DNA of 64,000 nucleotides. Source: Cyanophora paradoxa CCMP329 (Eukaryota; Plantae; Glaucophyta). Location of the stretch: assembly GCA_004431415.1 (NCBI GenBank), contig QPMI01000071.1, positions 124,001 to 188,000 on the forward strand. Reading direction: 5' to 3'. The position numbers and the translations under genes are program-made. The first letter of the stretch is position 1. Every line of letters begins with the position of its first letter. The notes under the pieces are model-generated. The model saw only the letters and a list, made by a program, of their open reading frames with translations. It did not search any database and was not told the origin of the DNA. Shown here piece after piece: positions 49,245 to 59,011 of this stretch.

Positions 49245-49554
49245 AATGCTCCTTGATCGGAAACTTGCCATTAGCGGTGATCGAGACCCATGACATACCA
49301 GGATTTCATAACGGGATCCCAGCGGGCTTTCTCAGCCTTCGCTTGATCCTTAAATTCATAAGGAATATCGAGGTAAACCTTCACGTTTCTTTGATACACT
49401 TGCTCATAGCTTAGAGTTTTGAACTGAGAGCATAGGGGTGATCTTTCTTCATGACATACCAGCATGAATTCTCACGATCCCACTTTCCACCGAGGGATTT
49501 CGCAACGTCTTTTTTATCAAACGGAATATCAACATAATACTTTTCACCCTCCAT
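49245..49554 (-). CDS. Tandem DUF5710-like domain protein (frameshifted)
   Basis: ATG at 49554 gives MEGEKYYVDIPFDKKDVAKSLGGKWDRENSCWYV. A second repeat VYLDIPYEFKDQAKAEKARWDPVMKSWYV lies in ORF 49271-49465. The conserved upstream motif precedes the ATG. Confidence 0.7.
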
Positions 49555-49592
49555 CTCTTTTATATTTACCGGAGAAATAATTTCGGGGTTTG

Positions 49593-50973
49593 TTATGAAC
49601 GAGAAGACCGAAGAATGCGCGTAGTAGGGGCTGTGTAGCTTGCGCTCTGATTCTTGAATGATTTATACCACCGCTGACTGTTTACCTCTGAGAGCTTCTC
49701 AGTTCCCGCGATCGTTAATTTAGCGAGCTCTCTCAGCGCCCTCTTTGTCTTTTCTGCGCGATCTTCCAATAATGCGCCTTTTGGAACACTTGCGGCGACA
49801 TCTATGCCTTCTTTTTGAACCTGCCGGATAGAAGCGGCTTCCATTTCGGCTGCTTTGATTGCGTTGCCTGATGGTTCCACCACAGCTTCGACCTCTGTAA
49901 TGATCTGCAATTCGTGCGGCTTAAAAAGCTTCGGCATTACGTTCCCCGCTGCATCTTGCACCTCATTCGCGTTTCCTCTCCTTCCCGCAATTTTGTAGAC
50001 CTCTCGGCTATACCTTTGGGTCGCTCCTTTATCAAACTTTGATCTCGGCAATAATACACGGACGTGGAGACCCGGCTTAAAGTCGCTGAATATATCCTTT
50101 ACGATTGTGTTCTTCTTTGAAATAATAGCCGCTCGGATCCGCTCCATATCAGAAAGCTTAACATCTGCGGGTTTCATTCCTATGGTTCTGTGAATGGTGT
50201 TATTATAATTGAAAACGAAGTCGTCCAATTTGTCCATGAATCGAACTGTATTATAAGCGACACAGTAATTGTTTATCATCGTTTTAAGGTCAAATGAAAG
50301 CGATTCATTATTCCCAGAGAAGTGTGATCTCCGACCTGTTTAAAGCGGTGTTCTATTCCATTATTTTTAACGACCTCCTGAAACTCCTTCGCGATGAATT
50401 CCGAACCGTTATCTGTCTCCAATCGAATCATCGGAGCCGGGAGCTCTGTGAGCATCTCCGCAAAAGCGGCGGCAACACTTGCGCCCTCCTTATTCTTTAA
50501 CTTCTTGGCATATGCTTTTCGGCTTGTCATCTCGATGAGAGTAAGGACTGCAATGTAGCCGGAATTATAGCTGCCATATGAGAGATAAAAGATGAGATCC
50601 GCTTGATAGCACCACGGCGGGGCTGTGATGGGAATAAAAGCTGTTTGGGTCGGTGCGGGGGCTTCTTGTTGATCTGCATAAATTCTTGTTTCGCTGCGAC
50701 ATCTTGCACTTCTTTCAATGTGAGGGTCTTGTCCTCTTTTCTCAGTTCTTCGTATATTGCGGATGGGTTCTTAAAACCTGTCTTCGGGTCATACATGCGT
50801 CGCACGATCTTAGAGGACGGGTTCGCAATGCTAAAAGGAACATCTCCTAATAAATTTGATTTTGCTTGGCGTTTTGTAATTTTTTGGGGGACTTGCTCAG
50901 TCTCAGGAACCGCGATAGGTAGTATGGTAGTCTCCGTCTCCTCGCCCGCTACCCTTCTGACGATCCGTGACAT
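49593..50973 (-). CDS. Polinton-type retroviral-like (rve) integrase, split over at least three frames
   Basis: MYDPKTGFKNPSAIY; YQADL; SRKAYAKKLKNK; LETDNGSEF; GIMNRFHLTLK; NYNNTIHRTIGMKPADV; FKPGLHVRV..FDKG..YSREVYKI. Confidence 0.88.
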
Positions 50974-50992
50974 TTCTTCTAATTAAACCTGT

Positions 50993-53900
50993 TTATTTTT
51001 TGCTGCAATTGCACCCGTGATGCGCGAGTTGACAATTGTCTTTAAGATGTGGGCGCCTGTTGTTTATGCGATCCACGACGAGCCTGTAATTCGGATCTTG
51101 CGGCTCAATCGGAATAGGAAGGGAACAGATCGCACATGCGCCCTTCTGTTGCTTCTTGCGCTCTAATATCCACTCCGGCGTAATATAATCCGCCTCGTCG
51201 AAATCGCGCCCGGCGCGCTGATCCTGGCATTTATATCCGCGGATCTTCGTTTTCAGATATTCGATGTAGTCGCTCTTTCCTTGGAACTTGTGAATCGGTG
51301 TATAAATCAGCACCGTGGACAGATCGCGGTTACGAGTGAGAGCGGTATAGAACCATTCGCGAGTGGTATAGCGGAACGTAGCCTCACAAATGACAATGCC
51401 CGAATCAAGTGTGAGACCTTGCGTTGAATGACCTGTTCCTGCATAAGGGAGAGAAAAATGTTCTAACATCGCGCACGGAACCTCGAACGTGACGCCATCG
51501 AAAACGTCAGTTAATGTGACCATTTGCTTGGTGATTTTGGTGATCCGATAGGTGTAATTTGTGTATGCATTAATAGACTCACCCTCAGACCGCGAAATGC
51601 GTAGATACCTGCGACAAACGACTTCCAGACCCTTGTAGAATTTGATTCCGTTGACCTCTACGGCTGCAATATTTACTTTTCGTCTATCGTGCATCAGTTT
51701 GTTATAGGCTAAGGTCATTTCGTTTCTGTAAGCGATGCCAAAGTAGCCGTCGGGGATAGCGCTTAGATCATTAATTGTCGGCAACCCGTATTTCGAGATA
51801 ATCTGTGCGGCTTCGAGTCTGTTTTCGAAGAGATCCTCTTTAATCGCCCGAATTAATTCACGGTCTGTCTCCTTCTTGTGCCGCTTGTTAATGCGTAGAC
51901 TCAGGACGTTAGGGAACATGCTCTGCACAGCGCGCTTATAGTAGCCCTTGCGATCAGAAACCGATAGCTCATCATTAATCGGTTCGTTCTGATAGGTATC
52001 GCCATTAGCCAAATATTTGATATCCGGATAGCGATCGATAAACGACTTGATCTTAGCGAGATCTTTTACAGAATACGCGAATATCTCGTCGAACATAATG
52101 TGGCTGAACTCGGAGACAAACGCCCTCTGGTCTTTTTCGCTCATAGCCTCTTCGTAGGTCTGATCATTTGAGACACGGATCCCGAGAACATTATACAAAG
52201 TGCGAACGGTAATATTCTCGATTCCGCGGACTTTGAGAGAGTCCCTCAGCTCTGCGCACTGTTTGTTATAGGGGCAAATAACTAAGCAATTCGACTTCTG
52301 AGATGCGAAACAGTTAATACCGAGTGTCGACTTTCCACTTCCGGGCATGTCAGCAAGGACAAGCATACGATTATGGAGCTCCGCAACCCAATTAAAGCAC
52401 TCCGGATTAAATTCGTCCCTCAGCGAGAACCGGTTAATGAGTGTCTCGGGATCCTGAAATTCGAGAGTTACACCCCGTGGTGGGCGGAGTGCATTCTCAG
52501 GGCATCTTTTCCCGGGAATGTAGCTAAATTTGCCCATGTTCTCAAACGCATTTCGGTCGAACTCTTTCTTACTTGTCCATGAACCTTCGATATATAGGCA
52601 ATCCGTTCTGATCCCGGCAACCTTGTGCCCGCGCGCTGTCAGGCGCTTGTATTGCGCAAACATATTAGCACGGTTGCGATCGTAAATATGAAAGTGGATA
52701 GGAAGGAATCCGTTAACGAGCTCGCGGTGGGAGCTGATCTTAACGAAATAGATGTGACCTTCGAATTCGCTAAGAGTTTTGACACGTTTCGAATTCTTAG
52801 GATTGAAAGTAAACACCTCTACTGTTCCTCCGCATTCTTGGGCGAACCTCTCAGCCTCGGCACGGTTGTAGAACATTTTCGTGGATGTTTGCGAGTCTTG
52901 GAATTTGCCGAGCATTCCGATCTCTTTCACTAAAATGTGCTTCTTATCTGTGGTTTGAATGTCGCTTGACAGCACTTTTTGCATCTCAGCGATCGAAATA
53001 TTGGGCACCAAATGCGAAGGCTCCGCGACCGCGATAATCTCTATCTTGTCCTTTACGTCCGCCCAATGCATGGAGAGAGTGTAGCCTGTCATGAAATTAT
53101 AACAGCGACCACTCACGGAAAATGCGCGATCCAGAATAATTTCGATTCCGTCAATCTTGCGAGATATGGCGGCATCATAATCAATGTCCTCATCGTCGGC
53201 GAAAGTCGCTTGCTCTCTCTCAAACGCAACCACACGCACGTAGTAGATTGCGTATTCGAGAATATCGCTTCCTGCTTTAAAGGGAACGAAGTCATCAAAC
53301 ACATTATATTTCGGAAGATATTGCATGCCTTTCAGTATCGAAGGGTAGCACTTCGCCATATCGACAGCTGTGTAGGTAGCTTTCGGGTTCGGCTTATAGA
53401 AATAGCCGCTTAGTGCGGATCGCTTGTAGTGCGTGAGAATTTCGCGCATGTTCGGACTGTAATGTGAGATATTTGTCGCATTTAGAAGCGACTCCCGGAA
53501 TCCCTTCCCGATTTCACAGACCTTATTATAATATTCTTCTGTTTCGAAATCTTGCTCAATAAAGTGGTCTGTTGTGCGTGGATCTTTGATAGAGAACATC
53601 GAGCCATTAGCTTTGAATGTGATGCTGTCGATTTGTTTCGATGGTGTTAGCTTCACAGCGGGCTCATATCGCATTTTCAGGAACGTAAATAGAAGACCTT
53701 CCAGACCTTCGCGCCCAGTATAAAGAATGCGGATGAAACTGCGCTCGTCGGGCGATAGTTTTAGTTGCGTGATCTTTAACAGATCCTTGGATGTGTGCGC
53801 GAAGATATCGTGAGTAAGACACGTCGGAATTTTATAGAGTGCTAACGAAGAGTTCGACTTAGGAACATGATTATCGAGCTCTTCGACCTCCATCTTTGCC

Positions 53901-55303
53901 ATGCGCATTTCGAGCGACTTGATGTTATCGTTGAATATATAGATATGCTTGTTGTGAATCATAAAGTGAATATTGCGGGGAAAGATGTTTTTGTTAATTG
54001 ATTCCGCCGCGAATTTGTGTATTAACTTTCCGTCGACATCAAAGACGCGGAAGCCTGTCTGAATTCTCTTACAGAATTTCTCGATATGGCGGAGGGTGAG
54101 AGCCAGAGAGTCGCCAGGTGTGCGTTCGCGACCGTGAAAGAATTTATAGAGACCGTCGTAGGACATAGTTAAGTCAGTATATCGCGGTTTTGGCGCGTCC
54201 TGACACTTCTTAATGGACGCTCCCATGTGGAGATGATCATATCGTATCCGCAAGCGTTAGATGTAGATGATTTGGGAAGCTCAATAACATCTTCGAACTC
54301 AGACGCGTTTGGATTTAATGTGTAGTCTGTGAATTTGCTCATAATCGCGGTGCATCGCATACTGTCCATTAGCTCATCATCCAGGAACTCATAGCGATTG
54401 CCAGGGATAGCACCGGCTCCGTCATCTTCGACACCTTCGTCCCCATCGATCACGACCTCATGAACAGTTATAAAGGCATCATCGACACTGCCGCCAAAAT
54501 CATCGAAACCTTTGCGTAGTTTTTTCTGTTCCTCGGTTGGTGGTGTCTTAAAGAAGAACATCTCGTATGCTTGTCCGAACGTTTCGAGATATATAGCCAA
54601 TTCATCGTAGTTTTCGAGTAAACGGAAGATTGATTCTCTCTCTTCCGAATAATAACGATTTTGAGCGGTGAGAACTCCATACCGTTTATCGATTTTTGCC
54701 AGAGCAAAGTTTCGCAACACCCTCACCGAAACTGTCTCTCTTATATTCTCGTAGGTGACAAAGGTTCTGTCTTTTATATGTGTTCCGGGAATTCCGGGAA
54801 TAACAATTACCTCCGACGACCGAGCACCGGATCCAGGTCCCCATAGCTTGAACGTAATTGTTGCGAGAGTTTCCGGATCGTATGCGGCGATTGGATCGAG
54901 AATAGTGCGTTTAATCGCATCCTCTACCGCTTTTAGTTTACCTCTCTGCTGCTTCGCTTCGAGTTTCGCTTCTTTCGCTCTTTTCTGTTCTTGTTTGCGA
55001 TCGAAGCGCTGTAAACGCTTAGCCTCTTGTTCTTTTTGCTTTTGCTTTTCTATATTAACTTGGGTGCGAGCGGCGCGCTTCTCTTTCCGCTCTGCCCTGC
55101 GGAAAACGCGGGGATTAATGATGCCATTCAGAGTGTCCCGAATGTCGATCAGCGTTTGGAGCTTGGGCTTCCGATTCATTGTGTTGTGCATCGCCCAATG
55201 CGCCTGTTCTTCGGTTAGCAAATCCTGACTCAATCCCTGCATAATGTATCCGATAATTTCATCCCGAACATTGTTAGCGATTCTGTTGTTGCGCGCGGCA
55301 TCT
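50993..55303 (-). CDS. Protein-primed-type family B DNA polymerase fusion: N-terminal (terminal-protein-like) region, vOTU-like protease, PolB, SF1 helicase, C-terminal HNH/EndoVII-like Zn domain
   Basis: Pol motifs DMAKCYPS, KHILVKEIGMLGK, GIRTDCLY. SF1 motifs DMPGSGKS, MFDEIF, GDTYQNEPI, LRINKRH, AGTGHSTQGLT, WFYTALTR. Tail CAIC..VVDRINNRRPHLKDNCQLAHHGCN. The upstream 395-aa ORF joins by one added G near 54222-54224. Start codon uncertain. Confidence 0.85.
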
Positions 55304-55320
55304 CTATTAGTTCTTTTAAA

Positions 55321-55343
55321 ATAACCGGAGAAAATAATTTCGG
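55321..55343 (-). promoter_or_regulatory. Conserved viral upstream motif CCGAAATTATTT(T)CTCCGGT (also at 49568-49586 and, in part, 55890-55905)
   Basis: Three near-identical copies, each ~5-20 nt upstream of a minus-strand ATG. Confidence 0.65.
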
Positions 55344-55470
55344 CGCAATCTACCAAATTCTCCTTTTCATACCCTTGTCGCCAATTCTTTAAGTGCTTTT
55401 TTGACGGATGCGGGGAATAAAAAGGGAGTTAAAAAATTAATCATTTTTTGCATCGTGCGGATACTTTCCG

Positions 55471-55884
55471 CTACGAAGTTTTTGCGTTCTCGACGACATG
55501 CTTTCGGGGTCTTCCAGCGGGCTTTTGCGGTTGGGGTTTAGCGGGCGGATTCAGCTTTCGTTCCGCTCTTTTCCTGCGTTGGTATTCACGTGCCTTCTCT
55601 CGGATTTTCTCCCGATACTCTTCATCGTCTTGGTATCGCTGCTGTTTACGGATTGCAATCTTTTGTAGCTGCTCCGGGGTAAATACGGTCGCTTCCCCTG
55701 CGGCTAATCGCTCCTGCTTTTGTCTCTGATGCTTGTTTCGCTGCCGCTCGGCATCTTTCTCGCGTTTTACTCTCAGTTTCTCGGCTCTCTCCTCTTCTGT
55801 GAGCACCTTCTTCGGTCGCCCGGGTCTGCGCTTTTCCTGCTGTGCCGCCATTGCCTCTTGGTTCGAGATCTTGGGTTTCGCCAT
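55471..55884 (-). CDS. Small basic protein with two AT-hook-like motifs
   Basis: KRRPGRPKK and PAGRPRK flank a K/R/E/Q-rich helical segment; the conserved upstream motif is present. Confidence 0.7.
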   Translation of the reverse strand: MAKPKISNQEAMAAQQEKRRPGRPKKVLTEEERAEKLRVKREKDAERQRNKHQRQKQERLAAGEATVFTPEQLQKIAIRKQQRYQDDEEYREKIREKAREYQRRKRAERKLNPPAKPQPQKPAGRPRKHVVENAKTS

Positions 55885-55985
55885 TTACTATAACCGGAGA
55901 AAATAGTTTTTTGTCACTCTGTATTATTTCCCTTGCCCTTATATACCTTTTACCGAAACCTTCAATTTTTGCCCTCGGATCGATC

Positions 55986-56387
55986 TTAATAATCGTTCCA
56001 GACGGGTGTTTCTTGCGGCTGCGGATATTCATAACCTCCGTCCTCGCCTAACGCCATTCGATCCAGTGTCAGCATCGGATAAGGGGAATCAGCGCGAAAA
56101 TGCCCACCCAATATCTCAGGACATGAGCGCCTTCTAATATACTCTACGTTTACGTCCTCTATCTGAGCGGATTCGATATTGGAACTCATAGCCGCGGGCA
56201 CAGGCGACCCCCTTCGCGATCTTGGCGGGGCGTTCGTGTCAGTGTTCGAAATAACAGATAAGCGACGACCCCCATTGTCTTCGCCATCCGATATTTCAAT
56301 TTCTACGGTCGTGTCACAGCAAGGGCTGTGGCAATTAGACACTACATGAAGCTGAAACATTTCAATGCACTGACTGATAAAGTTCAT
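55986..56387 (-). CDS. Hypothetical viral protein
   Basis: 133-aa ORF with an AT-rich upstream TTATTTT..TATAG..ATG context and an N-terminal SNCHSPCC motif. Confidence 0.55.
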   Translation of the reverse strand: MNFISQCIEMFQLHVVSNCHSPCCDTTVEIEISDGEDNGGRRLSVISNTDTNAPPRSRRGSPVPAAMSSNIESAQIEDVNVEYIRRRSCPEILGGHFRADSPYPMLTLDRMALGEDGGYEYPQPQETPVWNDY

Positions 56388-56431
56388 CTTCTATAAAGAG
56401 TCGCAATAAAATAATCCTATGGTAACAGGAA

Positions 56432-56590
56432 ATGAGGCTGTTACTTGCTCGTGTGTTCCCATACGAGTTAGTCGACCTTATAATGCTGTTTATGGAGCCG
56501 ACCTGTCCCTTTTGCAGGGGAGTCCACATAAAGACCCGCTCTAAATACGGGCGGGTTCAGCTTTGCCTTGCGGATATTCACAGTCATTAG
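56432..56590 (+). CDS. Possible 52-aa microprotein (F-box/cullin-box-like helix + CxxC)
   Basis: MRLLLARVFPYELVDLIMLFMEPTCPFCRGVH.. fills the gap between two genes and its stop overlaps the neighbour's stop. Below the ORF-track cutoff. Confidence 0.35.
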   Translation: MRLLLARVFPYELVDLIMLFMEPTCPFCRGVHIKTRSKYGRVQLCLADIHSH

Positions 56591-57270
56591 CGGATATGGC
56601 GTTTACCACCGAGCATCGCCGCGAAATTCGCTGGTGCAGTCGGCACTATATGTGCATATTGCGGGGCAACCGATTGCTGACGCGTTACGGCTTGCGCATC
56701 TGTCTTTTCCTCCTTTTTAATCTCCTCTACGTCGACCTTTTGCTTTAATCCGAGTTTCGAGATCTCTTTCTTTACGAGACCCTTTAATTTCTTGCGTTCG
56801 TTATAATCTTGCATCCATTTCTCGTAGTTTGACACTTTCATTTCAAGGTCTCGCACTTTCTCTTCGAAGCTCATGACAACGTCGACAGGAACTGTGTGTT
56901 TTTGATAGGATCCGCGCTTTTTGAGCTCGGTTTCGGCGGCTTTCGGGACGTCTTGTGTCTTGTGCTGGCTTGCAACAACTTGCGCTTTTAATACTTTGTC
57001 GGTTGCTTCATCGACGGAGCCGCCTCCAATCTGTGGTTTTACAGTAGCTAAATCCTCCATTTGTCGTTTACCGCTATCTTGGTTGCCCTTGTCCGCGGTG
57101 GCACTCGCAATAATCGCCTCTTGCTTGGCGACCTCCTCTGGCGAAGTGTCTATAAGATATTCGGGCATTTCGAGACCGCCGCCCGACGTTAATCCAGACT
57201 CTTCAAGTCCGCGATTAGGATTACCAGAAGCGACCGTTTGAATGGTTTGAGGCTTCTTTCGGTATACCAT
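56587..57270 (-). CDS. Hypothetical coiled-coil viral protein
   Basis: 227-aa ORF starting 2 nt after the ATPase stop; heptad-like FEEKVRDLEMKVSNYEKW. Confidence 0.65.
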   Translation of the reverse strand: MVYRKKPQTIQTVASGNPNRGLEESGLTSGGGLEMPEYLIDTSPEEVAKQEAIIASATADKGNQDSGKRQMEDLATVKPQIGGGSVDEATDKVLKAQVVASQHKTQDVPKAAETELKKRGSYQKHTVPVDVVMSFEEKVRDLEMKVSNYEKWMQDYNERKKLKGLVKKEISKLGLKQKVDVEEIKKEEKTDAQAVTRQQSVAPQYAHIVPTAPANFAAMLGGKRHIR

Positions 57271-57272
57271 GA

Positions 57273-58139
57273 TTATCTTCTCTTACATTTGATTAACATT
57301 TTCTTTTTCTTAGGCGAAATTTGGGAAAGTTTGGGGATACCTTCAAGCTCACGCTCAAATTTGGATAAAGTTTTGCATACAGTTGTCGAATCTTTGACAG
57401 GCGGCGGTTTTGTCGCTTGCTCCTCTTGCTGTTTTCGCTTCTTTTCTTCAAAAGCCGCCCGCTTGTGGAACTTAGTAAACGGATGGTCATCGATCATATC
57501 GGCTTTTTCGACCCACCATCGCACAGAATACCCGGTATTATCGTGAATGATCGCTTGGTAGCTATGACAGAATTCTTGGAACATGCGCTTAAAACTCTCT
57601 TTATCCATGTTCCCGAACTCTTCGTGATATGCTTCAAACTCTCGCATGTTTGACCAGCTTAGGAATATGATATACTCCGCATTGCTGCGAATGATCGTTG
57701 AAAGCTTTGTTAGTTTCTGCGATATTAGCGCCACGGAACAAAACGTATGACGACCTTGCGCCATCAATTTATTTAGCAAATGATCGCGCGAAAGATCGAT
57801 AGTTCCGGACTCCAAACAATCGTCGAGCACAATGAGAATATTCTTTGGTTTCTTACCCGCAATGATAGCCTTCTTGCGGGCTTCTATGATCGACTCTACA
57901 TATTCCGGTTTCCAGGTATCATGCACTTCGTCTGTAATTTGTCCCCAGAAACCGTTGAAACTCGTTGGACAAAAGACCAGAACGTATGAGATCTGGTCTT
58001 CGAGTTCTTTGATCAGCCACTTTAAGAATACCGATTTACCACAATTGGTTTTCGCCAATAGGAGAAATCGTGCGGGAAGTTTCACCCTCTGTTTCGGGTT
58101 CCATTCTTCGAGATCTATGGGCGTCGTCCCTTTTTGCAT
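57273..58139 (-). CDS. A32/FtsK-HerA-type genome packaging ATPase
   Basis: Walker A variant AKTNCGKS, Walker B ILIVLDD, arginine finger QGRH, ISQ sensor, IRSN. Confidence 0.9.
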   Translation of the reverse strand: MQKGTTPIDLEEWNPKQRVKLPARFLLLAKTNCGKSVFLKWLIKELEDQISYVLVFCPTSFNGFWGQITDEVHDTWKPEYVESIIEARKKAIIAGKKPKNILIVLDDCLESGTIDLSRDHLLNKLMAQGRHTFCSVALISQKLTKLSTIIRSNAEYIIFLSWSNMREFEAYHEEFGNMDKESFKRMFQEFCHSYQAIIHDNTGYSVRWWVEKADMIDDHPFTKFHKRAAFEEKKRKQQEEQATKPPPVKDSTTVCKTLSKFERELEGIPKLSQISPKKKKMLIKCKRR

Positions 58140-58189
58140 TCTTTCACTATAAAAACAATAGAAAAATAAGACTGACTGTGGTAATTGGT

Positions 58190-58939
58190 TTAGATTTCGT
58201 TTAGGATCGCTTTATCACCCAGAATTGCGGCGGCTTTCTCATTGTAAAATCGAGCTGCGTCTTCCTTTGTGTCACATATTTTGCGCCATCTCTGTTTGTT
58301 ATGCATGAAATTCGCTTCCCACTTTCCAGATCTCGTTTGATTGACACCACGATAACCACTCGAATTCGTTGATTTCAGCAATCTACGAGTTAGATTTACA
58401 GGATCCACATCATTAAGAACCGCAAGATCGCCGAACAGTTCGGTTGCTTTTGCATTGTATGCTGCTGCGGCTTCTTCTTTCGTGTTGAAGCATCCGAGAT
58501 TATAAGAAATTCCGTTCTTTTGAATTTCAGCTCTCCATTTTCCAGTGTCTTTTCTCTGCATCACTCCTTTGAGACCTGACTTATTTGTTCGTCTCACGCC
58601 AGTGTGAATAACACTCTCTTGTGGAGTTAAGAAGCGAAGATTGCAACGCCTATTATCCAGTTTGTCTCTACTGATGTGATCTACAAAGTGCCCATCGCGG
58701 CTTCCCATAATCCATTTGTGAAGGTATATGACTTTTTTGCTGTCCACTTGCAACTCCGTTGGTATCCAACCAAAAGGGTAAGTGTCTTCTTTTGTTCTAG
58801 GACAACAGCGAAGATACCACTTACTGATTTTCATGACATGCTCATAGTCCGCTTCGTCCACAAGCGCGAATTTACCTTCTCCAAACTTCCCACAAAGTGC
58901 AATTCGCCGAATGCCTTCCATTTGTCCGCCGTATTCCAT
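58190..58939 (-). CDS. HNH endonuclease with two AP2 DNA-binding domains
   Basis: FALVDEADY; YLHKWIM..VDHISRDKLDNRRCNLR (HNH). AP2 repeats SGLKGV..KWRAEI..LGCFNTKEEAAAAYN and SGYRGV..KWEA..TKEDAARFYN. Confidence 0.9.
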   Translation of the reverse strand: MEYGGQMEGIRRIALCGKFGEGKFALVDEADYEHVMKISKWYLRCCPRTKEDTYPFGWIPTELQVDSKKVIYLHKWIMGSRDGHFVDHISRDKLDNRRCNLRFLTPQESVIHTGVRRTNKSGLKGVMQRKDTGKWRAEIQKNGISYNLGCFNTKEEAAAAYNAKATELFGDLAVLNDVDPVNLTRRLLKSTNSSGYRGVNQTRSGKWEANFMHNKQRWRKICDTKEDAARFYNEKAAAILGDKAILNEI

Positions 58940-59011
58940 AATACTGTAAATCGTCTTGTCCTTAAATGGGCAAAAGATAAAAAGAATGTCATTTTTTGTC
59001 CGCCGAATTCC

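Noticed and set aside
58030-58065. Walker A lacking the first Gly (AKTNCGKS) as a sign of a dead ATPase
   Set aside because: Ala at this position is a tolerated variant ([AG]x4GK[ST]) and all other motifs are intact.
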